Source of the DNA: Leptogorgia sarmentosa
Lineage: Eukaryota
DNA: 64,000 nucleotides
Direction: 5' to 3'
Assembly (NCBI GenBank): GCA_964658305.1
Contig: OZ210885.1
Span: 2,294,001 to 2,358,000 of the forward strand
The position numbers were made by a program, and so were the translations under genes. This document shows, piece after piece, positions 12,208 through 25,080 of this stretch. The notes below the pieces were generated by a model. That model ran no database searches. It saw only the letters and a list, made by a program, of their open reading frames with translations, and was not told the DNA's origin. The number at the start of each line of letters is the position of its first letter. Within the stretch, counting starts at the first letter, position 1.

Positions 12208-15200
12208 CCCAGGTTGAAGATCTTGTCAAGATCTTGTAAGATCTTGCAAGACCATGTAAGATCTTGTAAGATCGTGGTAAGATCTTGCCAGTGGATAATC
12301 ATGGCAGGATCTTGCCATGATCTTGCCAAGATTTTGTCGTTTTCCTGCAAAGAAATTGACAAAATGCAAAATGAATCTTCTTGCAAGATCATGCCATGAT
12401 TGTTCAAGATCTTGTCAAGAATTTTCCAAGATCATGCTAAGATCTTGACACAAACATAGCAAGAACTTGCCATGATCCTTGAAGATCTTGCCATGGTCTT
12501 TCAAGATCTTGCCAAGAATTTTCCAAGATCAACCCATGGTTTTGACATATCCTTGGCAAGAACTTGTCAAGACATTTTCAAATCTTGCCATGGTTTTTCA
12601 GGATCTTGCCAAGAACTTTCCAAGATCAAGCCATGATCTTGAAGCAACTTTGACAAGATCTTGTCATGATCTTTCAAAATCTTGCCAAGGTCTCTCAAGA
12701 TCTTGCCAAGAACTTTTCAAGACCAAGCCATGATCTTGAAGTACCAAATAACAAGATCTTGTCAAGATATCTCAAAACCTTGCCATGGTTTTTCAAGATC
12801 TTGCCAAGAACAGTCTAAGATCGTGTTATGATCCTGTCATATCCTTGGCAAGATCTTGTCGTGATCGCACAAATTTTTTGAGCAAAATTCATTAACAGTT
12901 GAATCACATGGGGCAGCAATCTCATTTTTGCAAATGCTAGTCACAATTTCCGTAAAAGGCTTAACAAAAGCCACACTTAGGGAAGAAATGCATAGGAATT
13001 CTTGAATTTCCCCGTAGCGTAAATCTTTCTCATTATTTGGCAGGCAGAATTGAACCACTACTGCATGATTTTTTAGATCTCTTGTAAGTCCGTGCATGTT
13101 CGAAGTTAGTATATTTCGTTCAATTCGTTGTAAATGGCACTAAATTAATGCCATGTGAATTATACTCAATGCTGTCAAAATTCAAAAATTAATCCTTTTA
13201 TTAATTGACTAAATTGAGATCAGTTGCCATGTTTTACCATATTTGGAGAAACCATGATCCTTTGCGCGTTGAGCGTGAGCGCGTCATTTTTAAATTTTGA
13301 AAATTAACGCTATTTTGGTTGAGATTATTGATGAAATTTCGACGAAAAACAGGAGGAATTGTTCCAATTGTGTCGTATTTACACGATCTTTCGTTAGGTA
13401 AGTGTTATCTATTCTCAATGCTCAAATTTTATACGAATTTATGTTGTAATTAAGCGTTTATTTACACGCACGCATTTATATGTGAAGATTCAACGATTAA
13501 TATCGCTGCGAAATTTGGGTAAATTTTAGCGCTCTATGTTACATGATTTGGCCATATTTATACCGCTATGCATTCTTTTGTATTTACAGATCATTTCTGT
13601 TCATGGTTTCTGAAGGAAAATGTTTTAATAGTATGGCAATAATATACAGTACAATGATTGATGGACATTGTGCACTTTTGGTTGAATGAGTCACAGGTAA
13701 ATAGGAGAGTTTGTTAAATAATGACAATAAATAGCTTCTAATGCAAGAGACTGACAGGCCAAATTTGAACTGTGACCATGTCATGCTTGAATATTATATA
13801 CATAGCCAAAGATCTGCAACTGCTCCCAGATATGTTGAATTCATAGTCAACATCTCACTTTGTATTTTTTACAATGGTATACATGACATGCAAATAGTTC
13901 AAAAACACCTATGTTTAAGTTTGATAAATTGACGATACCATGCTATATATGGCTTATGTTGTCATTTTGTTGAAACATACTTCTATTTCTTGTAGCAATA
14001 TGTTATAAACATGTTTGTGTTGACAAGCATTAACATAGACACCAACTGCATACTTATAATAGGACCCCAAAATTATATGTGCCCATGTGGACATTATGGG
14101 TGAACTCTAGCTGGATGTTGTCATACACCTATTTTTAACATCCTGTAATTTCTTTTCATGTTAGATTGTTGCTTCTCCTGATGAAGACTGAAGACATAAA
14201 GAAAAAAATCTGGCACTGCCTTATAGTTATGGATGACAGGATACTGGTAACACTGCTTTCCCTTCCCATGAATGGATTACTTTTTAATGACAGTTATATT
14301 TGGACATTCTAACTAGTAAACAATGTGCAATCTGAGTTCGTCACCACTTGCAGTAACAGATATGTGCTTATCATATAGGTGCAGGGAGCCTAAAAACCCT
14401 CCAAAAGCATTTCTTTAGCTAACCGCTAGGAAATGCAGTGCTTTTGGTGTCTTAATGTTTAGACACCCTGCATTTAGTTTAGTTTTGTTGCATGTACATA
14501 TATATTTTTATGTAATGTTTACCTTAAACATACTTTTATATAATTTAATATATGCATGTATAAGTTTTCATGTAAATTCTAAACCTTGAGACAATCTACC
14601 GTGCTTGAATATGATCTATCTCTATTAACTGTAGGTATAATTTCCTAAGTTTATTAAGTATTTTATAGGATAATTAATATAAATATTCAGTGCACTGGTA
14701 GTTTTGTATATAAACATATAATTATATATTTGCTGCATCTTCTGTTCATCTTTAGCATTTACTTTAGCATACTGTATATAAGAGCAGTTTCTACAGAGTA
14801 ATGTATAGATCATGACCAAGATCATGACAAGATCATGACAAGAACATGGCAAGTTCGTGCAAGAACATGGGAATTTCTTGCAGGATCTTACAAAGGTCTC
14901 GGGGATCTTGCAAGATTTTGACATGATCATGGTAAAATCATGGTAAGAAAATGACAGATTCATGCCATGATCATGGCAAGAACATGTCAAGAACATGGTA
15001 AGATCATTACATGATCTTGGTAAGATCATGACAAGATCTTGAAAAGAACTTGGCAAGAACATGACAAGAACATGGCAATTTCTTGCAGGATCATGGCAAT
15101 TTCTTGCAGGATCTTGCAAAGGTCTTGGAGGTTCTTGCAGGATTTAGACATGATCATGGCATGATCATGGTAAGATCATGATAAGATCTTGATAAGATCT

Positions 15201-15233
15201 TGCCAAGAATCTTGCCAAGATTGTCAACCTGGG
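12208..15233. mobile_element. 3.0 kb CMC/EnSpm-type non-autonomous DNA transposon with subterminal CAAGATCTTG arrays
   Basis: Termini CCCAGGTTGA ... TCAACCTGGG, 2-bp TSD AA (12206-7 and 15234-5). Arrays of ~11-bp palindromic units at 12215-12865 and 14808-15225. Minus ORF 12837-13097 (VQF...YGEIQEF...AFVKP) resembles a CMC transposase C-terminus. Decayed relative at ~54560-55215. Confidence 0.8.
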
Positions 15234-15364
15234 AATCATCAGATGGCTGACAAATTTCGAAAAGTTTGCTGCTTATAAGTGTTTTGAGTCGGAACGTGGG
15301 CATGGGCGTCAAACAATGCATGCATTCCTTGATTTCCTTCCATTGTTTAGGTTGTTTACTAGGT

Positions 15365-15900
15365 ATTTCTTTTTATGATTACATGTCGAAACTATTTCCG
15401 ATTTTTTGTTTAGTAAATTTTGTTTGTTTTTATCTTTCAAAATACAGAGCTTTTCTTCTAAACATAAATCTTTTTGTTCCTCCCGTATACGAAATACAAT
15501 GCTTAATTATAGACCAAGTAATGTCGAAATCTTTGTTATTATCTTTTAGTCCCCAAATATATTTCGAAAGTTCTGTTTCGTTTGAGTACCTTTTGTGGTT
15601 AAATGATTTAATATGGTTTCTATATCGCTCTTTAAATGTACTTGCCGTCATGCCTATGTAATGTTTTGTGCTGTTTGTGCAGGTGACAGTGGCCTTGTAA
15701 ACTATGTCTTTGGTCATGCATTTTTCCTGAAGTGGGCATGTGTTCTTGTCTCTACAAGTGCATAGTTCCGTGGCCTCGCACTGTGGCTTACTTTTCCTAA
15801 TCATACGTGTGTTGTGCCTAGAAATTATAGACTTGACATTGTTCATGCAACTGTAACTGACCTTGACTGTGTTCCTATTAAAAATCTTGTGTAGCAAATC
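15365..15900 (-). mobile_element. Penelope-like retroelement GIY-YIG endonuclease fragment
   Basis: LHKIFNRNTVKVSYSCM...CTCR...CPL...C...IVYKATV...YIGMT..TFKERYRNH...TELSKYIW, then a frameshift into LCLEEKLCI...LLNKKSEIVSTCNH. Confidence 0.88.
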
Positions 15901-16852
15901 TGGAACAAAAGTGAGGAATTTAGTTCGGGATACCATGTATAATAAAAATGCATAAGGTTAACAATGATAAAACAGATCCAAAAGAATGTTTTATGCAAAA
16001 TGAAGTAATGCCATAAAGTATTTTCACGGCATTGATACAAATAAAGAATCACTCTATTTTTAAGTACTTATGTTAATGGGTGCACGTAAAAATTCAAGCA
16101 GAACTGTCCTAATAGTTTCAATTCATTAAAAATAGAGTATTGTGCTGTAATCAGCAGGAATTTCACTTTGTACCAAAGAATGCACATGTGATGGAGATAT
16201 TCATCGCGACATGGCAATTTCCTTTTCTGTATAATGCCTTTTACTCGGCAACTTGACAAACCTAATTATAATAGTATAGCATTCGTGAATTCTGAAAATT
16301 TCACCTTGTTTGATTTTCATGTTGACTGAAAATCAGCAGTTATACCAAAACTGAAGGGGTTTTTCACTTCGCCTTGGCTGTTTGGCAAAATTGAATATGA
16401 AATTTACAAATTTCCATTTATACTTGGGTCAAAATACCAGAATGTCTCTGTAGATTTGCTCAAACTACCATTTTTTGTTCGGGTCAAGTTTTGTGAAGGA
16501 AATGGGAAATTTATATGAATACTTGGAGTGCACAACTATATTCTGATCCTACTGTTAAACAACATAAATTACGCACTCCTAACTTTATCTAAACCACACT
16601 GAGAAACCAATTGAAATTTACTGCGCGGAAATTCCCTATAATTCTTTACATATTTTGATTTTCTAGATTAGATTCGAAGTCAACTTAAGTCAACTCAAGA
16701 TGGAAACAGATTTTTTTACTTTACTTTTCTTACATTAATCTATTTTTTACTGATTTACTGTACAGGGTGTCCCGAAAAAAGTCCCCTTTATAATAACACT
16801 TTTGTTGTAATCTCGGGTTATTGCACCTCTGGAAAACACCACTTAACTTCTG

Positions 16853-17088
16853 GAGCCAGTTGTTCAAAAGCGGCCTAGTTCAACCCTGGGTTGACATAAA
16901 ATTCAAAGCAAATTCTCCAACAATTTGTTTATGAATTTATAGAAATGTTTCTTCAGAAATCTTGTCTAGATCATTAAGAGTTCTTCTTTTTTCAAGTTTC
17001 CAAGTAAACAGATGTGCAGAAATACACAAACTAAAACGCTGGGTTAAATTTTAACCCTAACCCTCACCCAGCTTAGAAAAACCGGCCC
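16853..17088. mobile_element. Nested PIF/Harbinger-like MITE
   Basis: Imperfect TIRs GAGCCAGTTGTTCAAAAG / CTTAGAAAAACCGGCCC with CTG on both flanks (3-bp TSD). Confidence 0.6.
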
Positions 17089-17110
17089 CTGACGAACAGC
17101 TACACAAACA

Positions 17111-17262
17111 CAGCCTCGTACCCAGGCTCTTCGCAGGGACGCAAGGGCGGGCGCGCAAGGGGTCTTGGGGAGGTCGCAATTGGGAAGCGAAGATTGCGAC
17201 CTCCCCAAGACCCCTTGCGCGCCCGCCCTTGCGTCCCTGCGAAGAGCCTGGGTACGAGGCTG
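17111..17262. mobile_element. Perfect GC-rich foldback MITE with 9-bp TSD (Mutator-like)
   Basis: Arms 17111-17180 and 17193-17262 are exact 70-bp reverse complements around a 12-nt loop. TSD ACACAAACA at 17102-17110 and 17263-17271. Confidence 0.92.
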
Positions 17263-17479
17263 ACACAAACACGTGTTGTTATAAATACTTCTGACTGTCG
17301 TTCATGAACCATTCTATTCAATTCTCAAAGGCACAACAACGCACGTTGAGAGCACGACAACAAAAGAGCTGATTTCTATAGAGGGGACTTTTATTGGGAC
17401 ACCCTGTATATATATCTAGCTTTTATTTGGAGCGATTATAGAATACCCCGCCACTTTTGAAACTATGACTTGTTATCAT

Positions 17480-17790
17480 GATACGATGATACGAAGTGAG
17501 AATAATGACGTAATATATAGAAAAACCCAGCAAGCTCAAAGGTCCTGAGCAAGGTATATTTTTTCGTGATACGATGATACGAAGTGAGATTAATGACGTA
17601 AGATATAGTAAGTCCGAGCAAGCTCAAAGGTCCTGAGCAAGGTATATTTTTTCGTGATACGATGATACGAAGTGAGATTAATGACGTAAGATATAGTAAG
17701 TCCGAGCAAGCTCAAAGTTCCTGGGCAAGGTATATTTTTTCGTGATACGATGATACGAAGTGAGATTAGTGACGTAATATATAGTAAGCT
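17480..17790. repeat. 88-bp minisatellite, about 3.5 copies, inside a dispersed repeat
   Basis: GATACGATGATACGAAGTGAG starts at 17480, 17568, 17656 and 17744. The same leader and unit recur, diverged, at ~41767-41990. Confidence 0.9.
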
Positions 17791-19574
17791 TTGTGATGCA
17801 AATGTGAAATATTTGTTTGAAGTGATTACGAGGAATTTTTTTCTGTTATTTGATACATGCATGCAAGAAATGCCACGTGTTTCGAGGGGCCAATATAATT
17901 GTGTTGATTCAAAAGATAAGAATCATAAAATTATCCGTCATTAGAACGTGCTTTACTGTATATTCAGAAAATAGTTACATTGATTATTTATGAATCAATT
18001 CGAATGATATGTCGAAAGTTGGAATAATATCAATCATACGTACTATACCATGCACTAAAATTTGTTTTCCTACACGTACAGGAAATAATTGGTATGAATG
18101 TTAAGTGGATATAATATATGCTACGAGATAACAGAAGAAAATAAGTGTTTAGACGAACATTTTGGTTTTCACGTGGCCAGGAGTAAACCTGATACAGTAC
18201 ATACAAGGATGTCCAAATTGGTTTTGGTAAGAGAGAATTGCTCTATTCCAACAGGGGTTCTCAATGTGTACATGTTGTCCACAGAGCAAATACACCCATC
18301 AACATTGCAATTTTCCAACAGGATTCACTTTGCAATTTCCCTGTCCCCAATAGGATTTACCAGGGTTGCAAGAAATCACAGAGTACAACACAATCATAAT
18401 TGAGGGCACTCAACCACTACTAAATACTCTAACCCACTAGTGTTATCTCAAACAACCCCTCAACTACCTCCTGCACCTACTACTCAGTAGGTAACAAAGA
18501 TCAACTATTACTTTTCAGCATTTCTATCCTCTTTACAGCTCAATGCTGATTTGCAGTTTTAATAAAAGCAGCTCACACTGACACACTGGCACGTTGGCTC
18601 CACCTGGTCAACCTGTGATCAACCCGAAATCCAGACAATTTCACCCATCAAGGTGGTAGCAAATGCTTTACTGACAGAATGCTAGACAACTCAACTTTCT
18701 CAAAGGGGTAGAAAGGTATTAAATTCAGCTATATAATTGTGAACAACTATCTTTTTCAGAGTTATAATCAACAGATAAATCCAGCTCATCACATCCCTAA
18801 AAATTATTGAACATTCACAAAACAGCATGGTAGCATCAGTACATGAGAGTAATAGGAAGAGGGCGAGTAGGAGAGAGGAGAGTAATATCAGGGCGCTGCA
18901 TTAGAACACTAGTGCTAGCTAGAATGTGACAGCAATTCAGCTGGAATTTGTGGGTGAGTGCATGGGTCCAGGAATCATGTTTTTGTGTACCTTTGCATAT
19001 TACCAATGTTTATTTTGCTCTATTCTTCAGCTACTGGTTCATAAATAGCAAGATCGAATTATAGGGGCAGCTGGGTATATCTGTCAGAAATGCTGAGTAA
19101 AGAAAAGTTTATGTTCAAGATTTAGTGATTGTAAAATATGAAAGTGATTTAGTTCCGGAGGGCCAGTGGGTATGCTGTTACTTAATTGGGATTGGGGAGT
19201 GCAGCCTCAGGTTTAACAGTTTAACTGCTGTCAGCTGACAAGTTTCAATAGAGAGAATTTGGCACACTTGCATGTCATTACTTTCCTCCCATTGGTGTAT
19301 TTGCTAAGATACAAGTACTGCCTTGACTTAGTCTACCCAGAATGCTGTCAATGAGTAAAGGAATTTTAACTTTATTTTACTAGTTGTTATATATTTTATA
19401 GGAGCCTTCACAATTCTGCCTATTAGAATCTCATCGAAAACATTTGGAATAGCAGAAATTTTCTCTGTTGGCGGAAATGTTAATGAAACTGCTTTTTTAA
19501 TTAATTTTTAAATAGGGTATTTTTGAACTTGGCCCAGTGTCAATTCCATCCAGGAAACTGTAAATATGACTCAC

Positions 19575-19873
19575 CAGTGGCGTAGCCAGACCTTCATTTT
19601 TGAAATCTTGAGTCCCTCAATGTCGATTTCCTGTGTTTCTGGGGTGAGATTTTGCATAATTATGGGTGATTATTTACTGCAGGAAAGAGTAGTGATTTTT
19701 CAAATGATTTCTCAAACATGTCACTTGCTACTTTTATAGACAATTTGGTGAACAGATGAGATTGGTAGTCACATGGGTAGTCATCGACCCCCCCCCCTAA
19801 TTTGTACCCGGATTTCATCTTTTTACAAGCACAGTCCTTCAGCCCCCCTTGCTCCCCCTTGTCTATGCCACTG
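19575..19873. mobile_element. hAT-type MITE (CAGTGGCGTAG family), old copy
   Basis: CAGTGGCGTAG ... CTATGCCACTG with a degenerate 8-bp TSD TGACTCAC / TAACTCGC. Confidence 0.7.
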
Positions 19874-20539
19874 TAACTCGCACAACTAGATCTACAGCAT
19901 TATAGCATGACAAAATTACTGGATGCTAATTCATGGTGGTGAAGTGAACAGTTATTCCATAATTATTCAATTCTAATTATTTCACTAATTGTATTGGTTT
20001 TTGCAGACAAACAAATATGGCCGCAAAGCACTAAATGACACAACTATAAAGTAAACCACCAAATGTTGTTTGAAAGTCCCTTACCTTGCCTTGGAAGGAA
20101 AAATATTTGACACGTAAGCAGTGACAATTCACAATTATCTCCCTCAATTGTCACATAAGTTAACTCATTGACAGCATTCTGACTAGAGTCAAGGCAGTAC
20201 TTGTATCTTAGCAAATACCATGAGTATAGGAGGGAGGAAAGTAATGGCATGCAAAACGTTTGTGAGGCTATGGTTTAGTTAACTTAATAGCAGCTTGAAT
20301 TAATAATTTATTTGCCACGGCAGCTTATCTAATTTTGCCAAAATTTAACGTACTCGCCTCTCGCCATAATAAATACTAAAAATATGAAACATAGAATGAT
20401 ACTATTAATCTATTATATCTATATCTGACCTTTTTTACATGTTTTTGAGATCGTCTTAACACATTTTACACATTTCTTGTTTTGACTAATCAGTTAATCG
20501 GTATTATATCGTTTTAATTTTAAAGTACCTTTAAGTTCA

Positions 20540-21016
20540 CTCACCTTTTAACTCCTCAACAACAATACGTTCGAAATATTTTTGAAAACTGACGATTAAT
20601 TTTCATGGTGTCTTAGTAACCAGCCAATGAAAAGCGTTATAATATTGGCCAGGTGATCTCGATACACGGAAAAGGACTGGGACTAGATGTCAAATAGAAA
20701 TCTATTTTTCGACCGAAACAACTCAATATCTCTCATAATATACTTTATTTCGATTCCATATTTTCGTCAGAGCTATAGTTCTCATAACCAAACATAATTA
20801 CAAAATTTCAAGTAGTTTCGTACAGAATAACGAAAGATATAATCGTGTGAATATAGCAAAATGGATTTCTATTCGGGCAACCCTTTCTGAGCGCTGATTG
20901 GCTGAAACACGAATACGAGATCCCTGGTTATAATGCAAAAGTTTGTTTCAGCACTTCCGCTCAGGCTCAGTCCGTTAAGTGTGGTTAAGTGCATTTCTGC
21001 CGTTTTGGTAGTGAGT
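20540..21016. promoter_or_regulatory. Candidate bidirectional promoter
   Basis: Oppositely oriented CCAAT boxes (~20625 and ~20897), an ETS-like CACTTCCG (~20952), a minus-strand donor G|GTGAGT at ~20545 and a plus-strand donor GTGAGT at 21011. Motif evidence only. Confidence 0.35.
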
Positions 21017-22049
21017 TTAATACTTAGGGTTTTACACTATTATTTTAAATATAGATCGATTCAACAACTTATATATTATATTTTCTACCACCAAGCCCTG
21101 CCTGCTTGTCGATGTTAATTTATGTTACCCATAGGCCATAGATATAGAAGGTATATCTATGTTACCACATTACATCAATTACTTTGACTTTGATTTAACG
21201 GATACTGTCAGCCAAGCATTGCTAAAAGAGTTAGAAATATAACTGAGAAAGGTAATTAGGCAAATCATGTACTATCGCGAACACACACGTGTATTTTATT
21301 GTAGTGAAGACAGACAAGAATCTTTACTTTTTTTTGTAAAGCTTAATGTCCCTTGTGACAATTTGTGAATGCCAAATCTCATCCTCGTTTGACCAGGTCT
21401 AATAAAGCTTTGATACGGTTTGTGGAATTGCTAAGCAAATTTGAAAATTTACCGAATTTTTCGCCTATTATTATATTGTTATTATACAGCATTTACTTAT
21501 ACTTTACAGTGTTTGATATGTTTCTTGTATGAATGTGTATGTACAACTTATGTGTGCCATCTGATCAGAGCTTTACTATGCCAGCATGTATTTACATCTT
21601 TGTTCCAACATTTACATTTCAACATGTTATTGATGAACACCTGTGATATTTCACTGCAAGATTTCTCTGAATTGTATTGGAGAGTGTGTCACCACATCCA
21701 TTCATTAAACCATTCCTTGTATGTCACCACCCCATAAAACAATAAAAATGATAGCTAACAATAATAATGATATTTAATCAAAAAACCATAAATGATACTT
21801 CTAACATGCAACTATAACTTCTGAACAACCTTAAAATATTGTATAAACACAGGAGTGCAATATGCTACTAATAAATTTCCTTCATTTGTGTGTACCTACA
21901 CAGCAGAGGCAGTGAGGCACTACTTACAACATTTTCTAAGACAATTATTTAGACATAGTATTTGTATACCTCAGTGTCGTACCAAAGCAAAATAGGGTAA
22001 GTAGGTAATTTACTAAAATTCTATAAAATGGTAGGTGAAATAGAATATA

Positions 22050-22233
22050 CTGTGTGTCCCAAGAAAAGACTAATTCCTTTAAATCCGAGTGCTAGTGCTG
22101 TGCTGCATGTTCACATTAGAATGCCTTTAACTCCCGAATGAGTGCAAGGCTCATTAAAGGAGTTAAAAGCATTCAAATATGCAGCACTAGCATTCTGATT
22201 CAAATGATTGAGCCTTTTTTTGGGACACACTCT
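22050..22233. mobile_element. Palindromic Tc1/mariner-type MITE
   Basis: TA-CTGTGTGTCCCAAGAAAAG ... CTTTTTTGGGACACACTCTG-TA. Internal arms also pair (TGCTAGTGCTG / CAGCACTAGCA). Confidence 0.65.
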
Positions 22234-24351
22234 GTATGTGTATGTCTTTTACCAATTACCATGGGCACTCAAATGAATGAAATGGAGATGTTTTATGCAA
22301 AAAGCATTGTTCACTCACTTCACTGTTGTTGACATGCCAGCCATACTTGGAATCTTTGCTGTCATGCACTTTGAATTTAAGTATTTTAAGTTCTTGGGAA
22401 TGGGATTAAAATTTGCTTTAGGTGTTGATTAAAAATGTTCATAGACAATTTACAGGCTTGAAAACTATAGAAATATAGCTGCACAGACATTGCTGTTCTC
22501 TTCCAAAATAGTTAAAAACAAATTCTTCACATTTAAAGTCAAGTTAAAGGGTTCCAAAGCCTATTCCTTGATGATACATAATCTTGTGCTTTCACTGAGT
22601 TGCTTTTCAATAACAGTGAGGTTGACAAAAATGAACCCATTAGAAAAGGAATTTGTGGTAAATAAATATTTGACATTTCTTAGTTTTTGATGTTGAATAA
22701 AGTACCATTTCCTAAAATAAAAACATTTTCATTCCCCTTACTAAGACAATATACATATTTTCACTTCCTTTCAAGCCAAAAAATGTTAATCAATATTTTT
22801 TCCATGTTCTTACAGGCTTTGGTGATACAACCAACTGAGCACTTTGCAGGAGCACAAATGTCACTGTGGACACATTCCTATGTGCAAAAAAGTGATGGTA
22901 CTAACAGTTTCTTCCCACAGAGAATGCTGACACAGTGTGTTGGATTTCAATTTTTAATTGGGATTACTGATTTTGTAATTGAATCTACTGTAGCTGTGCC
23001 CTGGGATGAGACATTAGTTCATAAAGTGGTTGTGCCATTTGAAATCCTTTCACCCAACCATGTTCAGGTGCAAATAGGAATGACTAATGAAGAACACCCC
23101 CACCAGGGTTGGTGGTTGAACCCAATTAGAATCTTAATAATGTATGTGTAGAATTTTTTTAATTTAGTCTGAAACAGCTTCCTGTGGCAGGAAAGAGATG
23201 ACCCAGTGTAGCAATTTTTTCAGCTGTTCCTATGCAATAACAAATTTTAGATTACAAATCTTTAGAGATATGCCGTAAATTACAACCCCAAAAATTTGTT
23301 CAGTTCTGAATAGGAGGGTCAAGTTACCCAAGTTTGAGTTAACTGAATTTCAGTTGATTGCAGATGAAACGATAAACACTTCATACTGTAGTTATTACAA
23401 TTACAATTATGATAAAAATGTAAGACCTTCTATGACCCCAGATTGGACCTAGTCAGGGCAAGGGCCGTACTTAGGGCAAGTGGGTGGGGCTGGTAACAAT
23501 TTGCGAATAAAAGGCAATAAATGAACGAAATGCCTTTGACTTTGTGAATGGAATGATACGCCCAGTAATCGTATTTGTAATAGGCAGACAATCATTATTA
23601 TCACTTCTTGAAATTGATTGTTTCTTCGATCTATAAACACTGAAATATTTGCATCATGAACAAAGTCTGGCTTCGCCACTGATAAGGGATACGTACCCGT
23701 TGCTGAATACCGTCATGTTAGGCACGCTAATCTATTTCTCCTTGATCTCTAATCCCTTCATTAATTCTAACATTTGTGACCCATACCACGACGATATGTA
23801 ATATATGAGCCTAATTGTATGTGCACACTGAGAAAGTGATAGCAGTAAAATGCATTGTAGTCCACAACTTCAAATCTGCAATACATATTATTCTAAATTT
23901 TGATCATTTTTAAAGTCTTTAGTTTACTATAGTTTTAAAGTTTACTATAGTTTTTCAAACTACTTTTTTATGTCTTCAATAGTACGTCTATTTGTTCCTC
24001 TCTAGTTTCACGTCGGGCGTAATTATATCAATATCCATCATAGTCTGCTAAGACAAATAGTCTACACAAAACGAAGTCGTAGTTGTGCATGTGAAGTCCT
24101 TAAACCTGGTTCACACTTGTCGCTACTGCTCGGCGATATTTTGTAATTTCTTCAAACACACAAAACATTTTACATGCCAATGACCACCGGCAATGGAAAT
24201 CGGATTTTTACGACAAGTATCTGAACAATACAAGTCTGGACCATGCATTTAGTCGGCAGTATAAGGCTATAAGCCTTTACAACTTGCAAAGGCATGAGGG
24301 AATTTCAACACCAGTAAAATGGTTTAAAAACGCAATGAAAACACGTACAAT

Positions 24352-24820
24352 CAGTGGCGTAGCGAAGCCATTCCGATAGGGGGGGTGTAAAGCAAAATAT
24401 TTTACCGACCTAAATAGGTTTGGGCACGACAGGGCCGGATTATTTGGCGGGGAGGGCGAGTCTCACGAGACGCCACCATGGTTGGCGTCGAGCGAGAAAA
24501 TTTTGTGAATTTAGAGCCTCTAGATCGCCGGAAACGGCCATTTCAGAGTGTTAACCAAAGCCTTAACACTCAGAATAGAGTCTAGAGGTCTTAGATGTTG
24601 TACAACCACAGCTTGCTAACTAATCGCACACGGACATAGACAACAGACATATACTTTTATATATTTTACTTTTCTGCTCTCTCTGTGATTTAATGACATA
24701 AATTGAAAATTTACCGACCGCTTTGGCTTCAAAACCGACTGCAATTCATTTACCGACCATTTTCAAAAAAATTGGGGGGGGTGTCACACCCCCCACACCC
24801 CCCCGATCGCTACGCCCCTG
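24352..24820. mobile_element. hAT-type MITE with perfect 8-bp TSD, present only in repeat copy A
   Basis: CAGTGGCGTAGC ... GCTACGCCCCTG, TSD CGTACAAT at 24344-24351 and 24821-24828. Confidence 0.9.
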
Positions 24821-25080
24821 CGTACAATACGACTATCATGTTGTTCACATTTGACAAAATTTAGTGCTTTCTTAATTATTACGTGCATGTGGTACGAGGT
24901 GACACTAACAAAGATGAGTTGTATTTCAATTCTGTTCTACTCGGATATTTGTAATTCCTTCATGCCTCAACAAGTGTCACGGAGTACGGTACGAGGTTTC
25001 TGAACGATTCACAGACGAGTGGTTTCATACTTATTCTATTCAATCTAAACTTCACAATAAATTTCGAATGTCCTGTCAAT

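Larger units (their letters stand above)
16763..17406. mobile_element. Tc1/mariner-type MITE hosting two nested MITEs
   Basis: TIRs CAGGGTGTCCC..AAAAGTCCCC / GGGGACTTTT..GGGACACCCTG, with TA on both sides. Confidence 0.8.

Noticed and set aside
12123..12733. ORFs rich in QDL/SCK, also 14625-15119
   Set aside because: Translation artefacts of the CAAGATCTTG subterminal arrays.
17044..17321. Three overlapping GC-rich minus-strand ORFs
   Set aside because: Open only because they cross the GC-rich foldback MITE.
17480..17790. Regularly spaced GATACGATGATACGAAG repeats resembling a CRISPR array
   Set aside because: The intervening sequences are near-identical (88-bp tandem units), there are no cas genes, and the context is eukaryotic.
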